From Sphingomonas sp. (GTDB taxonomy: Bacteria > Pseudomonadota > Alphaproteobacteria > Sphingomonadales > Sphingomonadaceae): a DNA stretch of 48,542 bases. The DNA is taken from NCBI GenBank assembly GCA_036383655.1, contig DASVNU010000114.1:1-48542 (forward strand). Direction: 5' to 3'. Numbering within the stretch: the first letter of the stretch is position 1; the number at the start of each line of letters is the position of its first letter. Below the pieces are notes generated by a model. The model saw nothing but the letters and a program-made list of their open reading frames with translations, searched no databases and was not told the DNA's origin. The position numbers and the translations under genes were made by a program. Shown here in pieces: positions 29,350-39,192 of this stretch.

Positions 29350-31175
29350 CAGGCCCGCGTCACGGCCTCGGCCGCGACCATCCGGGCGGTGCTGCCCAGC
29401 CCGACGACACGCAACGCATTGACGATGTGGAACAATGCCGCCGGCGACACGCTGCGCCAATCCTGCGCCTGCAGGCCGACAGCGCTCAGCACCAGCACTT
29501 CGCCCGGCCGGCCTTCCGCCGCCGCGCGGTCGATCGCGCGGGTCCATTTGTTGTCGCCCTGGACGTCGGCGCCATAGCTTTGCGCCACCGCCGGATCGAG
29601 CCTGGCGAGCCCGGCAAGCCCGGCAGCGAACATCCGTTGCTTGTCGGTATCGCCCGAAAAGGCGCCGACCTCGCCCGATCCGTATCGCGCGTTGCTGTCG
29701 GGATCGGACACCAGGATCAGCGCCCAGCCCAGGCTGCCGCGCGCCACCGCGCCGCGCCACCGCGCCGCCGATCGATCGAGACCGGCACTGAGCATCGAGG
29801 CGACGAGCTGATCGCTGCCATCGGTCTTGCCCGCGACGGGGATGCGCTGCGCCGCGCGCGCGGTCAGCACCAGCCGACCATAGCCCGCGAGGCCCTGACT
29901 ATTCTGACCCCATAACCCACGCAGCGCGGTGAGGCGCGCGTCGCGCGATCCGCCCACATAAGCGGTGCGCAGGTCGCTCGCGACGCCGTTGGCAGGATTG
30001 CCCTGATCGTCGCCCGCATCGATCAGCCCGTAGAGATCGACCAAAGCGAGGTTGGAGAGAACGCCCTGGGCGGCCGCCTGATCGGCGAATTGCGAGCGTT
30101 CGACAGGGGTCTCCTGCGGGGCCAGCACTTGCCAATAGCGCATCTGCGGCCCGGTACCCTCGAACAAGGCATCGGGAATATTCTCGCCCGCGGCCATCGC
30201 CAGGCCATAGCGCCACGAATTGATATTGGAGACGCTGTCCCATTCGATCGTCATGTCGCCCTTGTTCGACCCGCGCCCGGCGATCTTCTGCGCCAGCGCG
30301 AGATCGATTCCCCCGGCGACCTTCTTCGCCTGGTTCATCAACGGCGTCGCCTGGCTCGGCGTCGACGACAGCGACGCGCACATCGCGCGCGCCAGCACCC
30401 AGGCCGGTTCGCTCGACACCTTGACCGCGTCATTGGCGAGCGGGCACATCGCCCCGACATCGCCAGTCGCCAGCGCGGCCTGCATCGCGACCTGATAGAG
30501 TTTGGGCGTATAATCCTGCGGGTCGACCGATTGCACCATCGCACGCGCACCGACCGATTCGCCCATCCGCAACAACAGCCAGGCGCGCTCAGCCGCGAAA
30601 TCGGCGCCGTTGACGTTGCGCGGGGTGGTGATTGGCTGCAGCAACAGCCGGCGCAGCGCGATCGATACCCAGCGCGACGCGATCGGCGCGTGGGTATTAC
30701 GCATCAGCCGCTCGACATAACGGCCATCGGCATTGCCGAAGGCGGCGGGGTTCATCATCCGCTCGGCGGTCGGCAGGATGCCGATCATCGCGAGGTCGCG
30801 GCGCGACGATTCGGGCAAGGTATAATGCACCACGCCCGGTGTCGCGCTCGGTGTCGGCGCCGTGATCGGCAGACCGGTCAACGGATCGGTGGCGACCGGC
30901 GCGGGCACCGGCACCGGCAGCGCCGCAGCTGACGTATTTGGCGCGGGCGCGGCGCCAACGACAGGATGGGTCACCGGCGCAGGCGTAGGTGCCGGCACCG
31001 GCGCGGAAGTCGAGGGGCGCGGCGACGGGCGCGGCGCGGGAGTTGGCACGACCGGCTGGTCGAACCCTGGCGGCAGAATCGATTCGGGCTTCTGCTGAGC
31101 GAGCGCGACGCCACCGACGGCGAGCAGCGCTATCGCCAGCGCGGAGGCGCCGGCGTTAGCCCTGGAGATTCGCAA
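29349..31175 (-). CDS. Hypothetical exported protein (Pro-rich linker, apparently helical body)
   Basis: 608-aa ORF with signal peptide; stop overlaps the xerD ATG (TGATG). Confidence 0.8.
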   Translation of the reverse strand: MRISRANAGASALAIALLAVGGVALAQQKPESILPPGFDQPVVPTPAPRPSPRPSTSAPVPAPTPAPVTHPVVGAAPAPNTSAAALPVPVPAPVATDPLTGLPITAPTPSATPGVVHYTLPESSRRDLAMIGILPTAERMMNPAAFGNADGRYVERLMRNTHAPIASRWVSIALRRLLLQPITTPRNVNGADFAAERAWLLLRMGESVGARAMVQSVDPQDYTPKLYQVAMQAALATGDVGAMCPLANDAVKVSSEPAWVLARAMCASLSSTPSQATPLMNQAKKVAGGIDLALAQKIAGRGSNKGDMTIEWDSVSNINSWRYGLAMAAGENIPDALFEGTGPQMRYWQVLAPQETPVERSQFADQAAAQGVLSNLALVDLYGLIDAGDDQGNPANGVASDLRTAYVGGSRDARLTALRGLWGQNSQGLAGYGRLVLTARAAQRIPVAGKTDGSDQLVASMLSAGLDRSAARWRGAVARGSLGWALILVSDPDSNARYGSGEVGAFSGDTDKQRMFAAGLAGLARLDPAVAQSYGADVQGDNKWTRAIDRAAAEGRPGEVLVLSAVGLQAQDWRSVSPAALFHIVNALRVVGLGSTARMVAAEAVTRA

Positions 31176-31293
31176 GCGAGACAGCCTTTTCCACCCGGGT
31201 CTGCTGCGTCTCGTGCGCCCGGCCCGACAGGAGGAACATTCCCCCCACCAACAGCACCAGCACGACGATCAGCACCACCAACATACGCGACAT
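31156..31293 (-). CDS. Small single-TM protein (45 aa)
   Basis: MSRMLVVLIVVLVLLVGGMFLLSGRAHETQQTRVEKAVSLANLQG; GAGG RBS. Confidence 0.7.
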   Translation of the reverse strand: MSRMLVVLIVVLVLLVGGMFLLSGRAHETQQTRVEKAVSLANLQG

Positions 31294-31393
31294 GCGACAA
31301 CAACCTCTACAGCTTCGGCGTTCAAAACCGGCACGCCGTCCGGGCTCAGCGCTTGTGCCCGAGCGTGCGGTGCGCTGTATAGCCCCCAAACCC

Positions 31394-31933
31394 ATGTTGC
31401 AAAGCGCTCCTCCCTTTCTTTCCTGGACCGGCAAGCCGATCGTGCTCGTCGGACTGATGGGTGTCGGCAAGTCGACCGTCGGTCGTCGCCTCGCGGCGCG
31501 GCTGCATTTACCCTTTGTCGACGCCGATACCGAGATCGAGGAAGCCGCCGGCATGACCGTCAGCGAAATCTTCGAAAAATTCGGCGAAGCGTATTTTCGC
31601 GACGGCGAACGCCGCGTGATCGCGCGATTGGTCGACGGCCGGCCCAAGGTGATCGCGACCGGCGGCGGCGCGTTCATCAACGACGAGACGCGCGCGCTGA
31701 TCCTCGATCAATCGATCGCGATCTGGCTCGACGCGCCGACCAGGATCCTGGCCGAACGCGTCGGCCGCCGCGACACGCGTCCCTTGCTCCGCAACCGCAA
31801 CCCGCGCGAGGTGCTCGACGAACTCGCCGCGGTCCGCAATCCGATCTATGCGCAGGCTCCGATTCGCATCGCCAGCGACCAGGCGCCGCACGAATCGGCC
31901 GTCAATGCCATCCTGAAAGCCATCGGCCTGTGA
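31394..31933 (+). CDS. aroK: Shikimate kinase
   Basis: GLMGVGKST, DAD.EIE, GEAYFR, ATGGG, RPLL. Confidence 0.95.
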   Translation: MLQSAPPFLSWTGKPIVLVGLMGVGKSTVGRRLAARLHLPFVDADTEIEEAAGMTVSEIFEKFGEAYFRDGERRVIARLVDGRPKVIATGGGAFINDETRALILDQSIAIWLDAPTRILAERVGRRDTRPLLRNRNPREVLDELAAVRNPIYAQAPIRIASDQAPHESAVNAILKAIGL

Positions 31934-33027
31934 CCATCGTTCCCGTTTCGCTCGGTTCGCGCAGCTATGACATCGTGATCGAGCGCGGTTTATTGGGCCG
32001 CGCCGCCGCGTATCTCAAACCATTGTCACGCGGGCGACCGATGGTGATCGTCAGCGACGCGAATGTCGCGCCGCATCTGGCGACGCTTCAGGCCGCGCTC
32101 TCCGCCGCCGGCATCGGGAGCGACGCAATCGTGCTGCCGCCGGGGGAAGCGACCAAGAGCTGGGCCCAACTCGAGGCAGTGACCGATCAATTGCTCGCGC
32201 ACGGTGTCGAGCGCGGCGACCATGTTATCGCCCTTGGCGGCGGCGTGATCGGCGATCTGGTGGGATTCGCCTGCTCGATCGTCAAGCGTGGCTGCGGTTT
32301 CGTCCAGATACCGACCACCCTGCTCGCGCAGGTCGACAGTTCGGTCGGCGGCAAGACCGCGATCAACGTACGCGCCGGCAAGAATTTGATCGGCGCGTTC
32401 CACCAGCCCGGATTGGTGCTGATCGACCCCGACGTGCTCGATACCCTGCCCGCCAGGCAGGCCCGCGCCGGCTATGCCGAGGTCGTCAAATATGGGCTGA
32501 TCGACGATTTCGCCTTCTTCGAATGGTGCGAAACCAATGGTGGCAAGCTGCTCGCCGGCGATCCCGGGGCGCGCGAATATGCCATCGCGCATTCGGTCGG
32601 CGCCAAGGCGCGGATCGTCGCCGAGGACGAACGCGAGACCAGCGGCAAGCGCGCCTTGCTCAACCTCGGCCACACCTTCGGCCATGCGCTGGAAGCCGAG
32701 ACGGGCTTTTCCGACCGCCTGCTCCACGGCGAAGGCGTCGCCGCCGGCATGGCGCTGGCCTTCGCCTATTCGGCGCGGCGCGGGCTGTGCCCCGGCCAGG
32801 ACGCGGAGCGCGTCGCCGCGCATCTGCGCGCGGTCGGCCTGCCCGACGGACTCAAGGCCGCCGGAATTGACGCGAGCGGGGCGACATTGGTCGACCATAT
32901 GCGCCACGACAAGAAGATGGACGCCGGCACCCTGCCCTTCCTGCTCGCGCGCGGAATCGGGCAGACCTATCTCGACCATTCGGTCGACCTTGCCGATGTC
33001 GAGGCATTCCTCGACGCGCAGCGGTGA
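31930..33027 (+). CDS. aroB: 3-dehydroquinate synthase
   Basis: GGGVIGD, PTTLLAQVDSSVGGKT, LNLGHTFGHALE, HGEGV; GTGA overlap with aroK. Confidence 0.97.
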   Translation: MTIVPVSLGSRSYDIVIERGLLGRAAAYLKPLSRGRPMVIVSDANVAPHLATLQAALSAAGIGSDAIVLPPGEATKSWAQLEAVTDQLLAHGVERGDHVIALGGGVIGDLVGFACSIVKRGCGFVQIPTTLLAQVDSSVGGKTAINVRAGKNLIGAFHQPGLVLIDPDVLDTLPARQARAGYAEVVKYGLIDDFAFFEWCETNGGKLLAGDPGAREYAIAHSVGAKARIVAEDERETSGKRALLNLGHTFGHALEAETGFSDRLLHGEGVAAGMALAFAYSARRGLCPGQDAERVAAHLRAVGLPDGLKAAGIDASGATLVDHMRHDKKMDAGTLPFLLARGIGQTYLDHSVDLADVEAFLDAQR

Positions 33028-33455
33028 CGAGGAAGCACCTCGGTCGCATCGCGCTGCTGACTTTGGGGTGCGCGGTCTACCTGCCCGCGATGATATTGAT
33101 GGTCATCCGGGTGGCAGGACCAACCGAGCTCCAGGCACTGCTCGACTGGCTGAGAGGGCAGTGCGCCAGCGAATGCGATGGTTGGAACATGCTGGCGACG
33201 GCGATCCAGATCGTGCCGATCATCGTGACCGGGCCGGTGCTGGCCTGGATCGGGATCATCTGGGTGCTTCGCGGCCGACGATCCGACCGCGAGGCCAAGG
33301 CAATTACCGACCATTTCGCGACGGCGCCCGATCGCGTCTCGCCGCATGCGATAGAGGAGGAAGAGGATCGCTATCTGTACCGCGATCGTCGGGGCCGGCT
33401 CCGCCCGGTCTATGCCCCGCCCGCTCCATCGCCCAAGCGCGATACACGTCGCTGA
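33024..33455 (+). CDS. Hypothetical membrane protein (2 TM)
   Basis: GTGA overlap with aroB; two hydrophobic segments. Confidence 0.65.
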   Translation: MTRKHLGRIALLTLGCAVYLPAMILMVIRVAGPTELQALLDWLRGQCASECDGWNMLATAIQIVPIIVTGPVLAWIGIIWVLRGRRSDREAKAITDHFATAPDRVSPHAIEEEEDRYLYRDRRGRLRPVYAPPAPSPKRDTRR

Positions 33456-33495
33456 TTACCGGGTATCGTCGCCATAATGCCATAGGGGGGATTGC

Positions 33496-34263
33496 ATGCT
33501 TCTGGCCGGTTTGCTCGCATTTGCCGGTGCCGACACCGTATTGGCCCCGTCAGGGAAATGGACCGTCGACTACCGCGCCGACAAGTGCGTGGCATCCCGC
33601 CCATTCGGCACCGAGCCCGTCACCAACCTGACACTTCAGCCATTCGTATCGCTAGATATCAAAGGCGCGATGCTGATCGTTGTCGTGCCAAACACCGAAG
33701 GAGGCGGCGTCCGAAACGGAAAGGCGAAGATCTCGCTGCGACCTGCGGGCACGACGAAGATGCTGGACTATGTCAGCCGCCAGCCCCAACCAGATGGGGC
33801 GAGAAGCTACGAAATGTCGCTGGATCCCGATACGATGGCGCAGATCGGTCAGGCAACGAGCTTGGTGATCGATGCAGGAAAAGAATCTGTCGCGCTGGAG
33901 ACGGGGAAGCTTCAGCCGGTGATCGACGCGGCCGAGAAGTGCAACGATGACCTGATGCGAAGCTGGGGAGTTGATCCAGCGGCCGGGGCCGCGCCTATCG
34001 GCAATCCTGGCGAATGGTTCACCGATAATGACTATCCTCCGAAAGCGGCCCGTAGGCGTGTCCAAGGGAACGCGGTAATCGTCCTGACGGTTGACCCCGA
34101 CGGCAGGGTAAAAGGGTGTCGCATCGCAGCCACCACGGGTGACCCGGATCTCGACGATGGGACCTGTGACCTCGCCCGGACACATGCTCGCTTCGCCCGG
34201 AAAGGCGAGGGAGACCGCTTCTCGATTCTAGGAGTCCATTGGGTGTTGCCTAATTGGCGATAG
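33496..34263 (+). CDS. Exported protein with C-terminal TonB_C-like domain
   Basis: Signal-like N-terminus; WFTDNDYP..AARR.VQG...LTVDPDGRV..C....TG...LD. Confidence 0.78.
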   Translation: MLLAGLLAFAGADTVLAPSGKWTVDYRADKCVASRPFGTEPVTNLTLQPFVSLDIKGAMLIVVVPNTEGGGVRNGKAKISLRPAGTTKMLDYVSRQPQPDGARSYEMSLDPDTMAQIGQATSLVIDAGKESVALETGKLQPVIDAAEKCNDDLMRSWGVDPAAGAAPIGNPGEWFTDNDYPPKAARRRVQGNAVIVLTVDPDGRVKGCRIAATTGDPDLDDGTCDLARTHARFARKGEGDRFSILGVHWVLPNWR

Positions 34264-34281
34264 ACCGCACGACCAGCGGCA

Positions 34282-34620
34282 TCACATGCCGCGACGGGCA
34301 ACACTCCAGGCCAACCACAGCCAGCCCGCAATCAGCGCCAGCCCGCCAATCGGCGTGATCGCGCCGAACCAGCGGGGGGCGCCGAGCGCCATCAGATAGA
34401 GCGTGCCGGCGAACACCAGTCCGCCGATCACGAACAATGCGGCGGGCCCTTTCGCGGCCATCTTCAGCGCCAGCAGCGCAGCAACCGTGTGAATCAGCTG
34501 ATACTGCCCGCCGGTCTTGAGCCATTCGGCCGCTTGCCCGCTCGCGCCATGCGCGCCGAATGCGCCGGCGCCGACCGCCAGCGCCCCCGACAAGGCGGCC
34601 AGGATCGCGATCCAGTTCAT
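34282..34620 (-). CDS. DUF423 membrane protein
   Basis: GAFGAHG, YQLIH, FAGTLY, GAITPIGG. Confidence 0.92.
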   Translation of the reverse strand: MNWIAILAALSGALAVGAGAFGAHGASGQAAEWLKTGGQYQLIHTVAALLALKMAAKGPAALFVIGGLVFAGTLYLMALGAPRWFGAITPIGGLALIAGWLWLAWSVARRGM

Positions 34621-36452
34621 GGTTCCTGCCCTCGTCCCAATTCCTCGGCACCCACCGGGTCGGACGCGGCGTCAGCCTCGGCCGCAAGCTCGCGGCGCGT
34701 CGCGGCGAAAATCTCCTCGCGCTCGTCACTGGTGATGATGCGGTCGCGCGCGGCGCGCACGTCGCCGGTTTCATATTGCAGCCTCAGCCGTTCCTTGTCC
34801 CGCGCGCGATACATGTCCTCGGCGCGGTCGGCTTCGGCCGGATCGATGTCGATCGCGGTCATCGCCATCCGCCCCATCTTGATCGCCGATTCCATCACCT
34901 CACGCACCACGCCGGCGATCGGCGAGCCCTTGAGCTTGATCAGCGCGCGCCGGTCATAAGTGCGCGCGAAGATCGCCGCCTTGGGAAAGGCCTCGTGCAC
35001 GCCCTCGATCAGATCGGCGCCGAGCTGGTCGCCGTCGATGCAGAACAGGATCAGCTCCGCCTCGCTCCCACCCGCCTGGCGCAACAGATCGAGCCGCGTG
35101 CCGTCGCCATAATAGACCTTGGCGCCGAACTCGGCCGCGACGTCGATCATCTCGATATCGTTGTCGATCAGGGTCACCGGCACACCGGCGGCGATCAGCA
35201 TCTGCGACACGGTCTGGCCGAACCGTCCATAGCCGACGATCAGCGCGTTGGCGCCGTCGGCGCGCGGACCCTCGCGGTCGCCGGTGACCTGGGGCGCCTC
35301 GCGAAACCGTGCGGTCACCATCATCAGGAACGGCGTCGTCGCCATCGATAGGGTGACCACCGCGCTGAAGATGCTGACCGCTTCGGGCTCGATCAGGAAG
35401 GCGCGCTGTGCCTGCGCGAACAGCACGAAGCCGAACTCGCCGCCCTGGCTGAGCAACAGCCCGAGCGCCAACGCGCCGCGCCAGTTCATCCGGAACATTA
35501 TGCCGATCGCGAAGATGATCGCCGCCTTGGTCGCGATCAGCGCCAGCGCCATGCCGATCACGAAGAACGGACGATCGGCGATGACATGGAGATCGAGCAG
35601 CATGCCGATCGCCAGGAAGAACAGCCCGAGCAGGATCGATCGGAACGGCTCGACATCAGCCTCGAGCTCATGGCGATAAGGCGAATCCGCCAGCATCACG
35701 CCCGCGACGAATGCGCCCAACGCGGTCGACAGATGCAGATATTCCATCACCGCCGCCGCCGCGGTGACGGTGAACAACGCGGCGAAGACGAACATCTCGC
35801 GCTCGCCGAGATTGCCGATCACCCGGAACAGCGGACGAAGCAGATACCGCCCGGCCAGCACCAGCCCGGTGATCGCGACCACGGTGTAGATGAACAACAG
35901 ATAGCCCGGCGGCCCGTGCTGATCCGCGGGATTGCGCGACAGAATCGTGACCAGCGTGATCAGCGGAACGATCGACAGGTCCTGGAACAGCAGCACCGCG
36001 AACGCGCGCTCGCCGAACGGGGTGCGCAACCGCCCCGCCGATTGCAGCATCGGCAGCACCTGCGCGGTCGAGGACAAGGCCAGCGGCAAACCGAGGACCA
36101 ACGCGGCCTGCCAAGAGAAGCCGGCGACGCCGTGGACGATCAACGCGATCGCGAGCCCGCAGGTCAGCACCTGGATCAGCCCGATCGCGAAAATGTCCTG
36201 CTTCATCTTCCACAGGCGCGACAAATTGAGTTCGAGCCCGACGATGAACAGCAGCAAGGTGATGCCGAGTTCGGCGACGCTGATCTTTCCCTGCGCGTCG
36301 CCGATCAGGTTGAACGCCTGCGGACCGATCAGCGCGCCCGCGACCAGGAAGCCCAACGTCGCGCCCAGGCCGAGGCGGCGGAACAACAGGACGAACACCA
36401 TCCCGACACCGAGCATCACAACGCCGTCCCGGAGCATCGACGCGCCGTGCAT
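34617..36452 (-). CDS. Kef-type K+/H+ antiporter (CPA2) with KTN domain
   Basis: LALSSTA, LLFQD, LSQGGEFGFV, GYGRFG, YYGDGTR. Confidence 0.92.
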   Translation of the reverse strand: MHGASMLRDGVVMLGVGMVFVLLFRRLGLGATLGFLVAGALIGPQAFNLIGDAQGKISVAELGITLLLFIVGLELNLSRLWKMKQDIFAIGLIQVLTCGLAIALIVHGVAGFSWQAALVLGLPLALSSTAQVLPMLQSAGRLRTPFGERAFAVLLFQDLSIVPLITLVTILSRNPADQHGPPGYLLFIYTVVAITGLVLAGRYLLRPLFRVIGNLGEREMFVFAALFTVTAAAAVMEYLHLSTALGAFVAGVMLADSPYRHELEADVEPFRSILLGLFFLAIGMLLDLHVIADRPFFVIGMALALIATKAAIIFAIGIMFRMNWRGALALGLLLSQGGEFGFVLFAQAQRAFLIEPEAVSIFSAVVTLSMATTPFLMMVTARFREAPQVTGDREGPRADGANALIVGYGRFGQTVSQMLIAAGVPVTLIDNDIEMIDVAAEFGAKVYYGDGTRLDLLRQAGGSEAELILFCIDGDQLGADLIEGVHEAFPKAAIFARTYDRRALIKLKGSPIAGVVREVMESAIKMGRMAMTAIDIDPAEADRAEDMYRARDKERLRLQYETGDVRAARDRIITSDEREEIFAATRRELAAEADAASDPVGAEELGRGQEP

Positions 36453-36892
36453 CAGGTGTCGCGCCCGACGGTCGGATCCGCGGCGATCGCCGCTGCTGCC
36501 GCCGCGGCTTCGAAGGCGAGGCGGATCGACGGATGGCGCGCGGTGACCGTCAGCGCCGGGGTGAAGATGTCGAGATCGGGCCAGCCCGGCATCGGTCCCT
36601 CGCCCGCCAGCCACGCGGTGAGGTCATCGCGCGCCGCCGCGAGCTCGGCGGGGGTCTTGCCCAGGATGTTGGCGGCGAGCAGCGAGGACGACGCCTGGCC
36701 CAGCGCGCAGGCACGCACCAGCATCCCGACCTCGCTGACGCGGCCATCGGCCAGATTGACGTCGACGGTCACGCGGCTGCCGCAGATCGGCGAGCGTTTC
36801 TCGCTCGATCCCATTGGATCGACGAGGCGCTCGTGATGCGGAATCGACGCCGCCAGCCGCAGTATCTGGGTGTTATAGAGCGGCTCGTTCAT
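36452..36892 (-). CDS. IscU/NifU-N-like Fe-S scaffold family protein
   Basis: SPICGSRV, RACALGQASSS. Confidence 0.85.
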   Translation of the reverse strand: MNEPLYNTQILRLAASIPHHERLVDPMGSSEKRSPICGSRVTVDVNLADGRVSEVGMLVRACALGQASSSLLAANILGKTPAELAAARDDLTAWLAGEGPMPGWPDLDIFTPALTVTARHPSIRLAFEAAAAAAAIAADPTVGRDT

Positions 36893-36943
36893 GCTCGGGG
36901 GATGTAGGCGAGCGTAACCAAAAGCGCGACCCCTTCGGCCTAA

Positions 36944-37585
36944 TTATCGCGCAGGACGTGAACGATGCGGCCCCGCCTTGCCGACCTTGTTGGTGACAGG
37001 GCTGTCGGTCGTATTGCCGACATCCGCCGCATCATCGGCGTTGCCGGTCGCGTCGCTGGCATTGTCGCTGCCGAACATCGGCTGCCCCTTGCGCCGCTTG
37101 GCGACGAAATCGGCGACGAATGCACTGGTCGCATTGAGCAATGGATAGGTTCGGGACCTGGTCAGCCAGGTCGGACGCAGCTTCGGTCCGCCGTCGATCG
37201 TATCGTAGACCAATACCAGCAACAGAAAGGCGAGACTGGCGAGGATCAGGCCCTTGAGCGCGCCGAACCCGAATCCCATCGCACGGTCGAGCGGTCCCAG
37301 GATCGATTGCTTGGTCCGCTTGCCCATCGCCCGCGCCAGCATCCGCCCGCCAAAATAGGCAATGCCCGCAATGAGGGCGAAGGCGAGGATCGCGGCACCC
37401 GAACTCGTCCCGACGATCGTGGTCAGCGCCGCCGTCACGGGCGTGTGCAGCGCCTTCAACGCGAACACCACCAGCACCCAGGCGAGCAGCGATAGCACCT
37501 CGGTCACGAAACCGCGCCACCAGCCGAGCGCAGCAGCGGCGCCTACGCCCAGAAGGACGGCGATATCTAATCCGGACAACCCCAT
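36944..37585 (-). CDS. cvpA: CvpA family protein
   Basis: RGFVTEVLSL, LDRAMGFGFGALKG; follows radA. Confidence 0.9.
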   Translation of the reverse strand: MGLSGLDIAVLLGVGAAAALGWWRGFVTEVLSLLAWVLVVFALKALHTPVTAALTTIVGTSSGAAILAFALIAGIAYFGGRMLARAMGKRTKQSILGPLDRAMGFGFGALKGLILASLAFLLLVLVYDTIDGGPKLRPTWLTRSRTYPLLNATSAFVADFVAKRRKGQPMFGSDNASDATGNADDAADVGNTTDSPVTNKVGKAGPHRSRPAR

Positions 37586-37599
37586 AGCTCGACCGACCG

Positions 37600-38970
37600 C
37601 TAGCCCCGGCCCAGCATATGGTCAACGAGCTGGCCGAGCGTCCGAAAGCCGCTGACCTTCATGCCGCCCTCGCCCTTCACCGCTGCCGGCCCCCAGGCGC
37701 GGTCGAACCCCAGCTTGGCCGCCTCCTTCATCCTGAGCGGCGCATGCGCGACCGGGCGGACTTCGCCCGACAAGGCAATCTCCCCGAACGCGACCGCGTC
37801 GGCGGGTACCGGCCGTTCGCTCAAGGCCGAGATCAACGCCGCCGCGACCGCGAGGTCGGCCGCCGGATCCTGCACGCGATAGCCGCCGGCGATGTTGAGA
37901 TAGACTTCACAGGTCGAAAAACTGAGCCCGCAGCGTGCCTCGAGCACCGCCAGGACCATCGCCAGCCGCCCCGAATCCCATCCGACGACGGCGCGCCGCG
38001 GCGTCGCGCCCGATGCCAGCCGGACCACCAATGCCTGGATTTCGACCAGCACCGGCCTTGTGCCTTCGAGCGCGGGAAAGACGGTTGCCCCGCTCATTCC
38101 TTCCTCGCGATGCGTCAGGAACAGCGCCGACGGGTTGGCGACCTCGATCAATCCCGCGGTTTCCATCGAGAACACGCCGATCTCATCGGTGCCGCCAAAG
38201 CGATTCTTGCTCGCGCGCAGGATGCGATATTGGTGGCTGCGCTCGCCTTCGAAGCTGAGCACGGTGTCGACCATATGTTCGAGCACGCGCGGCCCGGCGA
38301 TCGCGCCGTCCTTGGTGACATGGCCGACCAGCACCACCGCGCTGCCACGTTCCTTGGCGAAGCGGATCAATTCCTGCGCCGACGCACGCACCTGGCTGAC
38401 CGTGCCCGGTGCGCCCTCGATCAGGTCGGAGTGCATCGTCTGGATCGAATCAATCACCAGCAACGCCGGGCGCTGCCCCTGTCCCAAGGTCGTCAGGATA
38501 TCGCGAGTCGAGGTCGCAGCGCCCAATTCGACCGGCGCATCGCCCAGCCCGAGCCGCCGCGCGCGCAGCCGCACCTGATCGGCCGCTTCCTCCCCCGACA
38601 CATAGACGACACGCTCGCCGCGCCGCGCGAGGCACGCCGCCGCCTGCAGCAACAGCGTCGACTTGCCGATCCCCGGATCGCCGCCGATCAGCGTCGCCGA
38701 CCCTTCGACGAAGCCGCCACCCAGCGCACGATCGAATTCGGCGATTCCCGTCGCCAGCCGATCGGGCAGCCTAACCTCGGCATCGAGTCCGATCAGCGCG
38801 ATCGCGCGCCCGCCCGACTGCAGATTATGCTTGGCCTGGAACGGCGTGACATTGCCGCCGGCTTCCTCGACCAGCGTGTTCCATTCGCTGCAATCGGTGC
38901 ACTGCCCCTGCCACCGGGTCGCGACCGACCCGCAAGCCTGACAGACATAGCGTTTCTGGGGTTTGGCCAT
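37600..38970 (-). CDS. radA: DNA repair protein RadA/Sms
   Basis: C4 zinc finger, GDPGIGKST, KNRFG, Lon-like C-terminus. Confidence 0.97.
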   Translation of the reverse strand: MAKPQKRYVCQACGSVATRWQGQCTDCSEWNTLVEEAGGNVTPFQAKHNLQSGGRAIALIGLDAEVRLPDRLATGIAEFDRALGGGFVEGSATLIGGDPGIGKSTLLLQAAACLARRGERVVYVSGEEAADQVRLRARRLGLGDAPVELGAATSTRDILTTLGQGQRPALLVIDSIQTMHSDLIEGAPGTVSQVRASAQELIRFAKERGSAVVLVGHVTKDGAIAGPRVLEHMVDTVLSFEGERSHQYRILRASKNRFGGTDEIGVFSMETAGLIEVANPSALFLTHREEGMSGATVFPALEGTRPVLVEIQALVVRLASGATPRRAVVGWDSGRLAMVLAVLEARCGLSFSTCEVYLNIAGGYRVQDPAADLAVAAALISALSERPVPADAVAFGEIALSGEVRPVAHAPLRMKEAAKLGFDRAWGPAAVKGEGGMKVSGFRTLGQLVDHMLGRG

Positions 38971-38992
38971 GACGGAATGCTTATCCGAAACG

Positions 38993-39007
38993 GAACGATT
39001 AGGGAAC
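38993..39007 (-). promoter_or_regulatory. Alphaproteobacterial LexA (SOS) box
   Basis: GTTC-CCTAATC-GTTC on the minus strand, 22 nt upstream of the radA ATG. Confidence 0.75.
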
Positions 39008-39057
39008 ATCGATATTCCCCTCTTCGTGGGGAAAGATCATTTTTGTCTGATCCGCCG

Positions 39058-39165
39058 TCGTCACCCGGCCTTGTGCCGGGGTCTGCCGTGCCGCTGGTCA
39101 TGGCTCCAGTTGTAGAGGACATTGCTCGCGGCGCGGCGGATGCCGGGACAAGCCCGGCATGACGA
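39058..39165. repeat. REP-like palindromic element (family A variant)
   Basis: TCGTCACCCGGCCTTGTGCCGGGGTC ... GATGCCGGGACAAGCCCGGCATGACGA. Confidence 0.85.
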
Positions 39166-39192
39166 ATTGGAGACGTTGAATGCCGATCCGTC

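Noticed and set aside
31213-31929. 604-aa AroB with a long N-terminal fusion
   Set aside because: The extension overlaps aroK in another frame; the real start is GTG 31930
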